A DNA stretch of 55,913 bases from Candidatus Poribacteria bacterium (GTDB lineage: Bacteria > Poribacteria > WGA-4E > PCPOR2b): positions 1 to 55,913 of the forward strand of contig JAGWBT010000004.1 of the NCBI GenBank assembly GCA_021295755.1, written 5' to 3'. The notes beneath the pieces are model-generated. The model did not search any database, was not told the origin of the DNA, and saw only the letters and a list, made by a program, of their open reading frames with translations. Below are positions 1 through 8,857 of this stretch, in pieces. The position numbers were made by a program, and so were the translations under genes. How positions within the stretch are numbered: position 1 is the first letter of the stretch; every line of letters begins with the position of its first letter.

Positions 1-490
1 CCTGAAAAGAGGGGCTGGATCTACCGGCATCTGTAGGATCATCAAATAACACATTACCATAATGGTAATCGTCGTCATCGTCATCATCATCGTCGTCGTC
101 ATGGTCGTCATCGTCGTGGTCATCGTCGTCATCATCATCGTCGTCGCGATCTTGCGCCCTCTGGCTATACATGTTGGAACTCGGCTTTTGGGCTGTTGGG
201 TAAATCACCACCCCATTGCTAGAGCCACTTAGACTAGAGTCAGTCGTTCCATTTTCACCGAAGTTATGCTGCTTCAATCCATCCTTTTCAAGACCTTCTG
301 TATTACCGGTTTGCTTTAGATTTTCATCGCCAGAGGGATCCAAGTCAACATCGGAGGTCGAGGAGTTATGGAACTTGCCCTCCTCATTTTTATCCAAACG
401 ATTAGAGCCTTGGTGTTTGATTGCGCAACCTATCACTGTAAAAAACAGACATGTTGTAATACTTAGATATTTCTTTAATTTCGTGGACAT
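1..490 (-). CDS. Poly-Asp lipoprotein, paralog of the 738..1241 cytochrome c-domain protein (runs off the left edge, so absent from the ORF track)
   Basis: Manual translation from ATG at 490 (RBS GGAGG upstream): MSTKLKKYLSITTCLFFTVIGC (lipobox-like)...D9-H-D4-H-D11...YGNVLFDDPTDAGRSSPSFQ. The end matches DVVFDNPVDAGRPSPSFN of the neighbour, and the two genes share the 13-bp string tctaccggcatct (20-32 and 1023-1035). Confidence 0.85.
   Translation of the reverse strand, partial: MSTKLKKYLSITTCLFFTVIGCAIKHQGSNRLDKNEEGKFHNSSTSDVDLDPSGDENLKQTGNTEGLEKDGLKQHNFGENGTTDSSLSGSSNGVVIYPTAQKPSSNMYSQRAQDRDDDDDDDDDHDDDDHDDDDDDDDDDDYHYGNVLFDDPTDAGRSSPSFQ
68..145 (-). repeat. GAY trinucleotide tract encoding 24 Asp + 2 His
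   Basis: Mixed GAC/GAT codons read in frame: D9-H-D4-H-D11. Confidence 0.95.
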
Positions 491-556
491 CAGTTATTTC
501 CTCCAATTAGTTGTTTTGCACTCTATCTGTAAAAGATCTACGAAAACGAAACATAT

Positions 557-722
557 TAGGACTTACGCAGCTGAACGTTCAAAGCCTCGTAGGGACAACC
601 CTTGTGGTTGCCTTCAAACATTACCAAACCGTGAATCCACGATTTCGTAGGGACCGCAGATCTACGGTCCTTACATCCGTTCATTAAATTGCGATACTGC
701 AAGCTGAAGTGCGTAACTCCTA
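557..722. mobile_element. MITE-like element (166 bp) with 13-bp terminal inverted repeats and two internal GTAG-REP hairpins
   Basis: Ends taggacttacgca / tgcgtaactccta (12/13 inverted match); flanking direct repeat catat (552-556, 723-727); internal gtaggg hairpins at 589-612 and 647-674; related copy at 26701..26864. Confidence 0.7.
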
Positions 723-737
723 CATATTTAATCGGGT

Positions 738-1241
738 TCAGTTGTTCTTAGCACCTTCATTGATCCAGTCAATGATAAGTTGGATCTGAGCTGCTGGCAA
801 AGGTGGCCCGTCAGGTGGCATTTCACCCTCAACAATTTGATCGACTAGTTCACTCTCTCTCGCATTGCTTGCAATGACGGTATCATCATCATTTCCTCCG
901 GCAATTACGGCATCATACGTACGGAGATCTATACCGCCCGGTCCACCGGCAACATGGCACCCTGCGAAGGCGCATCGGTTCGTAAGGATAGGCAGGATAT
1001 CGGCGTTAAACGAGGGACTTGGTCTACCGGCATCTACGGGATTATCAAATACGACGTCGAGAGCATTGGCAGAACGCCTATCGTTGCCATCATCGTCGTA
1101 CTCATCATCGTCATTATCGTCGTCATATTCATTGTTATCGTGGTCATCGTCGTCGTATTCTTCACCACAGCCAACCAACCCAATCGAAATCAGCAATGTA
1201 ATTAAAAATAGGATTTTAGCAATGTGTAATGGTTTCATCAT
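738..1241 (-). CDS. Lipoprotein with acidic EYDDD repeats and Planctomycete-type cytochrome c domain
   Basis: Likely start ATG 1241 (AAGGAG upstream); lipobox LVGC; SFNADILPIL..RCAFAGCH..GG..GIDL..Y...SELV..I..GEMPP...I..WINEGA pattern typical of PSCyt1-like domains; haem motif is CX4CH. Confidence 0.8.
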   Translation of the reverse strand: MMKPLHIAKILFLITLLISIGLVGCGEEYDDDDHDNNEYDDDNDDDEYDDDGNDRRSANALDVVFDNPVDAGRPSPSFNADILPILTNRCAFAGCHVAGGPGGIDLRTYDAVIAGGNDDDTVIASNARESELVDQIVEGEMPPDGPPLPAAQIQLIIDWINEGAKNN

Positions 1242-1499
1242 TTGAAGCTCCTTTGAGAATTTGCTTAACATTTACTGTCAATTCGATTATACTAATTAGC
1301 AGCAGAAAGGGCGGCAGACAAAAAACACCCCTCTACGAGAAATCGGAGATGGGCATATCGAGTCAATTGTCACCTAGGAATTTGCTAACAATTGGCGTTG
1401 GGAGCGTTTCCTATGTGACTTTGGTTGCCTTTTCTGCTATTATACCGAACCATTTTGGATGCGGCTTTTTCAATAAAATCGAGATTTTGCTGCGTTTAA

Positions 1500-1678
1500 C
1501 GTGATGATAGCAGGATAGCGGGTCAACCGCTATTGATTGCCGCCATCGGTATCCATTACGTACACCTTCCGATTCTCCTCACCCTCCCGGTAATACCCAA
1601 ATACAATCTGTCGTCCACTGGGCACCTAATTTAACGTGAGTCGTGTCTGATTGCCCCATCCGAGTCCATTTTGTAGAT
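1500..1678 (-). pseudogene. Remnant of a TolB/PD40-repeat protein
   Basis: Manual translation: IYKMDSDG/(frameshift)/NQTRLT...PSGRQIVFGYYREGEENRKVYVMDTDGGNQ*RLTRY; in-frame stop at 1530-1532. Confidence 0.65.
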
Positions 1679-1725
1679 TTTGGTGTGAAGCGGTTTGGCG
1701 GTTAAGCAAAGAATGGCTAGGAGGG

Positions 1726-1769
1726 GGATTACTACATATTCAAGTAATAACCTGAATATGTAATAATCC
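1726..1769. repeat. 17-bp inverted repeat with 10-nt loop downstream of the TonB receptor (terminator or RNA-processing hairpin)
   Basis: ggattactacatattca / tgaatatgtaataatcc, 16/17 paired, 74 bp after the receptor stop. Confidence 0.6.
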
Positions 1770-1842
1770 TCGACCGGAATGTAATTAAGGTCAAATGGAT
1801 ATGTGCGAGATTCCTCGAATTGATCTTCTCAATCTCCGATAA

Positions 1843-4161
1843 TCAGAACTGGTTGTCAAGGCTGACAATCAGGTTGAATCCCGGCGCATTGATGCCGGAG
1901 CCGTGCTCGCGATACCGCTTATCAAGCAGATTTTCGAGGGCGAGGGTGAGTCGGTTGTATTGGGTCACCTGAAAACCGCCGCGCAGGTTAAGCGTTACCC
2001 AGCCCGGCGAACCTTCACCAATCGCTGCGCCGTTGGCATCAAACTCGACCTCACCTGTATCGCGAGTGGTTCCCGGAATCCGTGGGTCTCGAATATCACT
2101 CCGATTTAACCGTCTCTGCTCGGTAGCGGCACGGACGAAGAATTCTCCCCAGAATCGTTGGGCAGGCGGTTGCCAGCGAATACCGACCATGCCGTTGAGT
2201 GGTGGTTCACGACGAATCCGTTCCTCCCACGGCTTATCGGGATCAGGTGCTGCACCGTTGATGGTCAGTACCTTCCCACGTGTGAACATCGCGTTACCGT
2301 AGAGCGACAAACCGCTTTGAATCGGAATCGGAACCATTCCAGCAAGCTCAACGCCTTGGATCTGCACTTCATCCACATTATCAAATACATAGACATCAAC
2401 GCCCGGATTGCTTTGCTGGATTTCCTGAATCAGTTCTGGCAGCGGTTGGTCTTTGTAAGCATCTTCGACGGGTACACGGGTGACCAGATCGCTGACGCGA
2501 CCATGAAAAAGGGTCAGTGAACCGATAAGCCACGGATAGCGTGCCTTAAAGCCTCCCTCTGCTGTCCATCCTCTCTCCGATTTGAGATCGGGTGAAGGGG
2601 AGTCGATACCTTCATTGGTGACTTCAACAGCAGTTGTATCGTTCAAAGAAGGCGCGCGGAACGATGTAGCGAAATTGCCGACGACGTTCAATCCGTCGGT
2701 AACGCTTGCAACTAGCCCTGCGCTGTAGGTCAATGCGTTACCGGATTGGTTAAAATCATCAAACTGATCAGAGCGCACCGAGAGGTCCGCGTTTGTGTTG
2801 TAAAGGGTATATCGTCCACCAAGCGTCATTTCGAGGCGTTCGTGCAGTTCGATTTCGTCCTGAACGTAGAGGTTTGCGTCCCAGAACTGCGATCCGTCGA
2901 TGAACCTGCCCTTTGTGTCGTCTACATTTTCAGCACCGGTCTTGATGTCGGTTTTGATCGTTTGACTTGAAACGGTATCGAAGTAGAATTCACCGCCTGC
3001 GACGACACGCTGCTTCGGCATTGACGAATTGACCGCCTGTGCACTAAGTCCCAATGTGTTGACGGTATCGAACCGCTCGCGCCGTTCCGTTGCATCGCGT
3101 AGGAGTTCATTTCGCCCCTCTTTCTGACGATGGAATGAGGTGGTGAATTGAATCTGATCTATCGCCAAGTTTTCCGGTTTGGAGAGATAGGTGGCGTAGA
3201 GCAGGTCTCGATCTTGCGGTTGAAAGAAAAACTCATCGTATTCACGGGGTGCAATCTTGTCATAGCGCGGGGTTTGCGGTTGTCGCCAGAGTTGGTATGC
3301 AAGGTTGACTGTACTGGTATCAGTGAGTTTGTAAGAGACTTTGGCGTCGCCGTCGTAGGCGTTCCAACCGAGTGGTCCTTCGGAATCAATCAACCATTGT
3401 TCGGGAACATCTTTGGGTGGTCCATCGGAGACTTCTACACCGGTTGGTTTGTCGGTGACGATTTCAAACTTGCGGTTCTTGTAGTGTAGATCGTAGCCGC
3501 TGCCCGGATTAATATTACCGAACCATCGTGCGGACGCACCGACCGAAAATCCGAGTTGCTTTTGGCTTCCGACCACCTCAAGCCGTCCGAGCCGCTCTGC
3601 ACTTCCCGAAGCGAATCGAGTAAAGGCACGGGGCTGGATGTTCCAATTGTCTGTTGCGTTATCAAGAAGGGTGTCTTTAGTGAACATGCTGATGACACCG
3701 CCCATCGCGCCGCTGCCATATAGCATTGAACCGGCACCGCGCAGCACTTCAATCCGATCGAGGTTGTCCGGGCTAGTTGTTACCAGATATTGATTAGGGC
3801 CGGAGCGGAAGGTGGAGTTGTTGAGTCGAACACCATCAATTGCAAGAAAGGCTTGATAGCCGGTAAGCCCACGCAGCAAGGGTGAACCTTGACCAACCGT
3901 GGTTTGCTGTGCCCAGACACCCACTGTCTCGCGCAAGATTTGGGGAGTCGTTGGCGCATTCATGCGCTCAATCTGCTCCCGATCAATCACGGAGACCGCG
4001 TTCGGCGTTCGGAAAGTATCTTTTTCGACACGGGTTATGACAGTGACTTCCTCAAGTTCAACAATCGACGATTCTACCTCATCTTCTTGAGAATAAACGA
4101 GGTTGATACTAATAAGGAAAAGAGTCAAACATATCCATAGGTGGTTTTGTTTAGCTTTCAT
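1843..4161 (-). CDS. TonB-dependent outer-membrane receptor
   Basis: Signal peptide; TonB-box-like LEEVTVIT; plug motifs GQGSPLLRG and LDRIEVLRGAGSMLYGSGAMGGVI; C-terminal LENLLDKRY..HGSG...PG.N....L...F. Confidence 0.95.
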   Translation of the reverse strand: MKAKQNHLWICLTLFLISINLVYSQEDEVESSIVELEEVTVITRVEKDTFRTPNAVSVIDREQIERMNAPTTPQILRETVGVWAQQTTVGQGSPLLRGLTGYQAFLAIDGVRLNNSTFRSGPNQYLVTTSPDNLDRIEVLRGAGSMLYGSGAMGGVISMFTKDTLLDNATDNWNIQPRAFTRFASGSAERLGRLEVVGSQKQLGFSVGASARWFGNINPGSGYDLHYKNRKFEIVTDKPTGVEVSDGPPKDVPEQWLIDSEGPLGWNAYDGDAKVSYKLTDTSTVNLAYQLWRQPQTPRYDKIAPREYDEFFFQPQDRDLLYATYLSKPENLAIDQIQFTTSFHRQKEGRNELLRDATERRERFDTVNTLGLSAQAVNSSMPKQRVVAGGEFYFDTVSSQTIKTDIKTGAENVDDTKGRFIDGSQFWDANLYVQDEIELHERLEMTLGGRYTLYNTNADLSVRSDQFDDFNQSGNALTYSAGLVASVTDGLNVVGNFATSFRAPSLNDTTAVEVTNEGIDSPSPDLKSERGWTAEGGFKARYPWLIGSLTLFHGRVSDLVTRVPVEDAYKDQPLPELIQEIQQSNPGVDVYVFDNVDEVQIQGVELAGMVPIPIQSGLSLYGNAMFTRGKVLTINGAAPDPDKPWEERIRREPPLNGMVGIRWQPPAQRFWGEFFVRAATEQRRLNRSDIRDPRIPGTTRDTGEVEFDANGAAIGEGSPGWVTLNLRGGFQVTQYNRLTLALENLLDKRYREHGSGINAPGFNLIVSLDNQF

Positions 4162-4227
4162 AGGGTCGCTCCTTTCTCCGCATGATTTGTGGATAATTGA
4201 ATTTTTGAGACCATGTGTTGATGAAAA

Positions 4228-4243
4228 GGCAATTTTTGTGCCA
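4228..4243 (-). promoter_or_regulatory. Sigma54 (-24/-12) promoter of the TonB receptor
   Basis: Minus strand TGGCAC-AAAAA-TTGCC with correct GG-N10-GC spacing, about 67 bp upstream of ATG 4161. Confidence 0.75.
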
Positions 4244-4329
4244 AAGGGATTTAAGCTAGGGTGTGCGTCTATATGCGGATTCCTGATCGGTTTTTTCCGA
4301 CGATAGGCTGCCTAGTGTTCAATTTCTGA

Positions 4330-4374
4330 ACAGTTGTGTTTGCCTTTTGGACAGTTGTGTTTGCTATAGAAACA
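4330..4374. promoter_or_regulatory. Tandem candidate enhancer (UAS) sites
   Basis: Exact 14-bp direct repeat acagttgtgtttgc at 4330-4343 and 4351-4364 (21-bp period); each copy starts a TGT-N11-ACA dyad (4337-4353, 4358-4374), about 100-130 bp upstream of the -24 element. Confidence 0.55.
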
Positions 4375-4504
4375 CGGGTTGATTTGGGATGTAATAGCTA
4401 GGGCGATAAGTCGCTACTGATTTCCCCATGTTTCTGAAGAAATAATGGGTAATCCGTAATGCCTAAAAAAACGTGTCTACGATTTATTGCGATGCCAAAT
4501 TAAG

Positions 4505-4533
4505 TTGACATACTCTCCACCTAGTGGCACAAT
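4505..4533 (+). promoter_or_regulatory. Sigma70-like promoter for the propeller gene
   Basis: TTGACA-N17-CACAAT, 47 bp before ATG 4581. Confidence 0.5.
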
Positions 4534-4580
4534 AACTACAAAACCGTTCTTAGGCGAGCGAACGAAAGGTTGTAAAAATA

Positions 4581-7500
4581 ATGAAGCGAGCAGATCGGCA
4601 CAGGGTGCAAACCGCTATATGTAACTTGTTGTTGCTACCTCTTCTGATGATGGTAGGGTGCACGACATTGGTCCCCGATGACCCCAATATGCCATTGGAG
4701 AATTTCGATTCCGGTTCTCCTACCGAAAAAACTTGGCGGGTGGAACGGAAGCTCGTCAGTAACGAGGTCAACTGTATTGCGGCTGATTTACGCAATGTGT
4801 GGTTTGCAACACAAGCCGGTGTTTCGCGTTGGGATCGAGACCAAGACCAATGGTTCCATTATACGATGGAAGACGGTTTGTCGAACGATGCGGTCAACGC
4901 CGTTGCAATTGATGGGCAATGGGTTTGGTTCGCCACAGAGGAGGGGGTGAGCCGCTACGACACGGAGACGAACACCTTTGCAACGTACCGAACGATTGAT
5001 GGATTGGCAAGTGATCAGGTATCGTCCATCGCGGTAGATGGGAACTACGTTTGGTTTGGGACATCTGACGGGTTAAACCGTTATGACAAAACCATCGACA
5101 GTTGGGCGGTGCGTACCCGCAAGGATGGGCTCGTCAGCAAGGTGATTACGACGGTCGCGGTCGAGCCAGAGTATGTGTGGGTCGGTACGGATAGGGAGAT
5201 AAATCCGGATCCCCACGGCTGGGAGGATGACCCTCGGTTTAGCAAGGGTGGGGTGAGCCGCTACCATCGAGACACCGATTCTTGGAATAACTATAAAAAA
5301 TCAGATGGCTTAATAGACAATGAAATTGCTACTATTGCGGTAGACGAGAATAGTGTTTGGTTCGGAACGCAGGATGAGGGTGTGAGTCAATACAATCAGG
5401 TTGAGCAAGCCTTCATTAAGACGTTTACCAAGAGCGATCTACTCAGAAGCAATATGATCTCTTGTATCCGTGCGGATGGGTTTCAGGTATGGTTTGGTAC
5501 TGCGAATGCCGGCGTGCATCGTTTCATCAAGCCGGTCAACACTTGGGTGCATTACACCAAAGGGGACGGACTGGCAAGCAATCATGTCAGTTGGATTACG
5601 ACACAAGGCAATGATGTCTGGTTTGCGAGCAAAGAGGATGGAGTGAGCCGCTTTGATAAGGTAACCGGTGAGTGGACGCTTTACAAACGAGCCGATTTTC
5701 TCACGGATAACGATGTCCGGGATATAACGCGTGATGCGGATGGTAACCTTTGGCTAGCGACCGTATCCGGAATTTCGATTTACCAACCCAAAACGCGCAG
5801 TTGGGAAATCATCTCCAAAGAGGATGGTCTTCCGAGCCCGTATGTTACGAAGATAGATGTTGCGTCTCCACTGCGTGAATCGGAACAAAGCGAACTAATC
5901 GAAATTTCGAGCGGCGGGATGACTGGTGCACAGGTCTGGATCGGTACAGATCGGGGCCTTGGCACACGATCATTCTCCGGCGGCGAATGGACGTTCTATT
6001 CTCCTCCCCGATCCGAGACGAAGGGAGAGGCTTTTGTGACGGCGATCGTTGCTGATGGGGATGTACTCTGGATCGGTACAAGTTTAGGTCCCGCCATGTA
6101 TGACAGAACTTCTCAAGAGTGGACGCAGCTTGAGACACCGGGTGATCGCTCAAATGCGATTGTGTTATCCGTACTTGTCCGCGACGGAATGGTCTGGTTT
6201 GGTGGCGCGGCGGGTGTTTGGCGATATTCCATTGCGGATAAGAAGATGCATCATGCTGCTGAGGGACTTCCCGACACCTACGTCAATGCACTATTTTCCA
6301 CAGAGGATATTCTTTGGGCGGGGACACGGCAAGGACTTGCGCGCTATGATGTTGGCCAGGAACGTTGGATGCCGATGTCGTTCAACGCACAATTGCCTGT
6401 TTCTAATGTTACCGCACTCGATTTCCGAGATGGGATCCTTTGGATCGGCACACCACAAGGTTTGGGAAGTTATACGATTGCTTCGGAGGCTTGGAGTCTT
6501 ATCTCGGATGTACCGTATAGCATTCGAGACATCCTGTGTGATGCGGAACAAAGACTTTGGTTGGCGACGTCGGTCGGTCTTGTCGAATATCACCCCTCAG
6601 ATGGCGACATCGTGCTGCATCAATCACGTCCGGTACGTGAGCCGTTTCTTGAAACGAAGGTTTCAAATATCAAATTTGATGGCGATTACATCTGGTTCAA
6701 CAACTGGGCTTCTTCACCGAACGGTGGGATTATACGGTTTCATCGCCCCACTGGCGCGTGGCAGCGTTTTACGCGCTTAGATATTCTCCAGTCAACCCGG
6801 AAAAGATCGATGACCACAGTACGTTGGAGCTATGTGGATACAGATGCAGTTTGGTTTACCACGGACTACGGGATCCTTCGCTACGATAAAATGGCGGATA
6901 CGTGGCAACATTTTACGATAGAGGAGGGCCTTCCTACGAACGATTTAGACAAAATTGCCGTGAGCGAACACAGCGTCTGGGTGAGTCCAATGATCGGTGT
7001 CGAATTGAGCCATTATAGTAAAAAGACTGGAAAATGGACTGCAATTTCGCCTAGTAAAGAGATGCAAATTGAGCGGTTGAAATCACTGGCGGTTGATGGG
7101 CCGGAGGTCTGGTTTGGGTCGGGACGTGGACTTCACCGTTATAATGAATTTACCGGTAAATGGCGTGATTTCACGCCGAGGGACGGACTAGCCGGCAGAG
7201 GTGCCGAGTGGATTACCGCGGACGAGGATTTCATTTGGGTTGCACGTTCGGAGTGGGACAGAGACAGTAACCGCCCGCTGTCACGATACAATAAAAAAAC
7301 GGAGAGGTGGGACACGTTTTCAACGAGTGACGTGCTTGCGTCAGACACCATTAGGCGAATTATTGCCACAAAGGACGATGTTTGGATACTCTACAGACCT
7401 TGGACGAAGAAGGGGGTTACCCGATACGATAGACGCACCGGAGAGTGGACGACAATCAAGTCTGGGCGTGGAACGCTTGAGTTAGCTACCGACGACGACT

Positions 7501-8729
7501 ACCTCTGGTTAGCCGTACCCAATAATGGGCTCAGGCGGTTCCATTTCGCATCTGGCACTTGGACGGTGTTCAGAGATCTCAAAGGGTTGCTACATAACCA
7601 TGTAGACGAGTATGGGCTTGCCGTTGATGATAGGTATGTATGGGTGGGCACGTTGCGGGGGCTTTCTCGCTATGACAAACAGAGGGAATCCTGGACTTCC
7701 TTCACAGCGATGCCAACCCTTTCGGGACGCACCATCCGGACGGTGGATACAGATGAGCGTTTTGTCTGGGTCGGTACTGACAACGGTTTGTCGCGTTATG
7801 ATAAGGAATTGGGCACTTGGAAGCAGTATCAACAGGAGGGTGGTTCCGAAGAGATTGCCACCCACGGTGGTCATTGGCACCGATGGCGTCCCAAAAGGAA
7901 AGATACATTGTCCGATAATTCGGTGAGTTCGATTGTGGTTGATGACCAGTACGTCTGGGTCGGCACCCGAGATGGAGCGAATCGTTTTGATAAACTCGCC
8001 CTACGCTGGGATCAGTACAAAACCGGGCATGGGTTGCCTGCTAATAATGTGACTTCTGTTAGTAATGATGGCAATAACATTTGGGTTGGCACTAACTCCG
8101 GGATTGGTAAGTATCCCCGAACTGCAGACGACCTCAACGCTTGGATCGCTTACACGTCCGGCACGGAGATTCAACCTGCATCTGTCTCCAAAGAGTTCGC
8201 GGAGTCGTTGGTTACAGATGAGATTTGGTGTATCGCTAGCAGCAAGAAAAATGTCTGGGTCGGTACGCGACGCGGCGTAAGCAAATATGATATTGGTAAG
8301 GACACGTGGAAGACTATCACAACAGCAGATGGTTTGGCGAGCGATGAAATCAGTTGCATCGCTATTGATGACGAGCGAGTTTGGTTTGGAACCGATCGTG
8401 GTGCGACTGTCTATAATGAGGACACAGAGGCTTGGACTTCCTATACAACGGAAGATGGACTTACTAGCAACAAGGTGACTTCGATTGATGTTGATGGCAC
8501 TGAAGTTTGGATTGGGACGTATAATGCGGGTGTGAGCCGCTTTGACCCGTCGGCGAATAGCTGGCTAACGTACACCCGAGAGGAAGGTTTGGCTCATAAC
8601 GGGATCCTCTCTATCTCAGTAGGAGATACTTATGTGTGGTTCGGCACCTATCGTGGCTTGAGTCGTTTTGATAAACACACAGGTATTTGGACAACCTTTA
8701 CAGAATCTTATGGACCTGAGGATCTTTGA
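4581..8729 (+). CDS. Large multi-beta-propeller lipoprotein (two-component-regulator-propeller-like repeats), no output domain
   Basis: Lipobox MMVGC; I count 29 repeats of DGL.SN.V..IAVDG..VWFGT..G.SRYD; the protein ends right after the last repeat. Confidence 0.85.
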   Translation: MKRADRHRVQTAICNLLLLPLLMMVGCTTLVPDDPNMPLENFDSGSPTEKTWRVERKLVSNEVNCIAADLRNVWFATQAGVSRWDRDQDQWFHYTMEDGLSNDAVNAVAIDGQWVWFATEEGVSRYDTETNTFATYRTIDGLASDQVSSIAVDGNYVWFGTSDGLNRYDKTIDSWAVRTRKDGLVSKVITTVAVEPEYVWVGTDREINPDPHGWEDDPRFSKGGVSRYHRDTDSWNNYKKSDGLIDNEIATIAVDENSVWFGTQDEGVSQYNQVEQAFIKTFTKSDLLRSNMISCIRADGFQVWFGTANAGVHRFIKPVNTWVHYTKGDGLASNHVSWITTQGNDVWFASKEDGVSRFDKVTGEWTLYKRADFLTDNDVRDITRDADGNLWLATVSGISIYQPKTRSWEIISKEDGLPSPYVTKIDVASPLRESEQSELIEISSGGMTGAQVWIGTDRGLGTRSFSGGEWTFYSPPRSETKGEAFVTAIVADGDVLWIGTSLGPAMYDRTSQEWTQLETPGDRSNAIVLSVLVRDGMVWFGGAAGVWRYSIADKKMHHAAEGLPDTYVNALFSTEDILWAGTRQGLARYDVGQERWMPMSFNAQLPVSNVTALDFRDGILWIGTPQGLGSYTIASEAWSLISDVPYSIRDILCDAEQRLWLATSVGLVEYHPSDGDIVLHQSRPVREPFLETKVSNIKFDGDYIWFNNWASSPNGGIIRFHRPTGAWQRFTRLDILQSTRKRSMTTVRWSYVDTDAVWFTTDYGILRYDKMADTWQHFTIEEGLPTNDLDKIAVSEHSVWVSPMIGVELSHYSKKTGKWTAISPSKEMQIERLKSLAVDGPEVWFGSGRGLHRYNEFTGKWRDFTPRDGLAGRGAEWITADEDFIWVARSEWDRDSNRPLSRYNKKTERWDTFSTSDVLASDTIRRIIATKDDVWILYRPWTKKGVTRYDRRTGEWTTIKSGRGTLELATDDDYLWLAVPNNGLRRFHFASGTWTVFRDLKGLLHNHVDEYGLAVDDRYVWVGTLRGLSRYDKQRESWTSFTAMPTLSGRTIRTVDTDERFVWVGTDNGLSRYDKELGTWKQYQQEGGSEEIATHGGHWHRWRPKRKDTLSDNSVSSIVVDDQYVWVGTRDGANRFDKLALRWDQYKTGHGLPANNVTSVSNDGNNIWVGTNSGIGKYPRTADDLNAWIAYTSGTEIQPASVSKEFAESLVTDEIWCIASSKKNVWVGTRRGVSKYDIGKDTWKTITTADGLASDEISCIAIDDERVWFGTDRGATVYNEDTEAWTSYTTEDGLTSNKVTSIDVDGTEVWIGTYNAGVSRFDPSANSWLTYTREEGLAHNGILSISVGDTYVWFGTYRGLSRFDKHTGIWTTFTESYGPEDL

Positions 8730-8857
8730 GGCAAAGAAATTGGAAGTTTTTCCGATGGAACTTTGATTTATTTTTTACAATTTCATAGGCAGGTGATGCT
8801 TTCTCTAACCGATTCACTTTACGCAGATTTTCTCAGGCTAAAGGGGAATTCCTATTA

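Noticed and set aside
61-150. Possible tandem-repeat array or CRISPR-like structure
   Set aside because: It is a mixed-codon poly-Asp coding tract with no repeat-spacer pattern and no cas genes.
216-1245. Plus-strand ORFs 216..650, 865..1245, 954..1205 and 1019..1201 with Ser, Ile/Val or His/Arg runs
   Set aside because: They are antisense shadows of the GAY (Asp) repeats in the two minus-strand lipoprotein genes.
4188-4196. Perfect DnaA box (TTATCCACA, minus strand)
   Set aside because: Single copy; about 0.4 are expected by chance in 56 kb on both strands; no cluster or oriC context.
4161-4500. Fur box or cobalamin riboswitch upstream of the TonB receptor
   Set aside because: The best GATAAT-containing site matches only about 10/19 of the Fur consensus, and no B12-box elements were recognisable.
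5780-8478. Numerous 60-226 aa ORFs overlapping the propeller gene, and similar short ORFs overlapping other long genes
   Set aside because: They are alternative-frame or antisense ORFs with no recognisable motifs, fully nested in well-supported genes.
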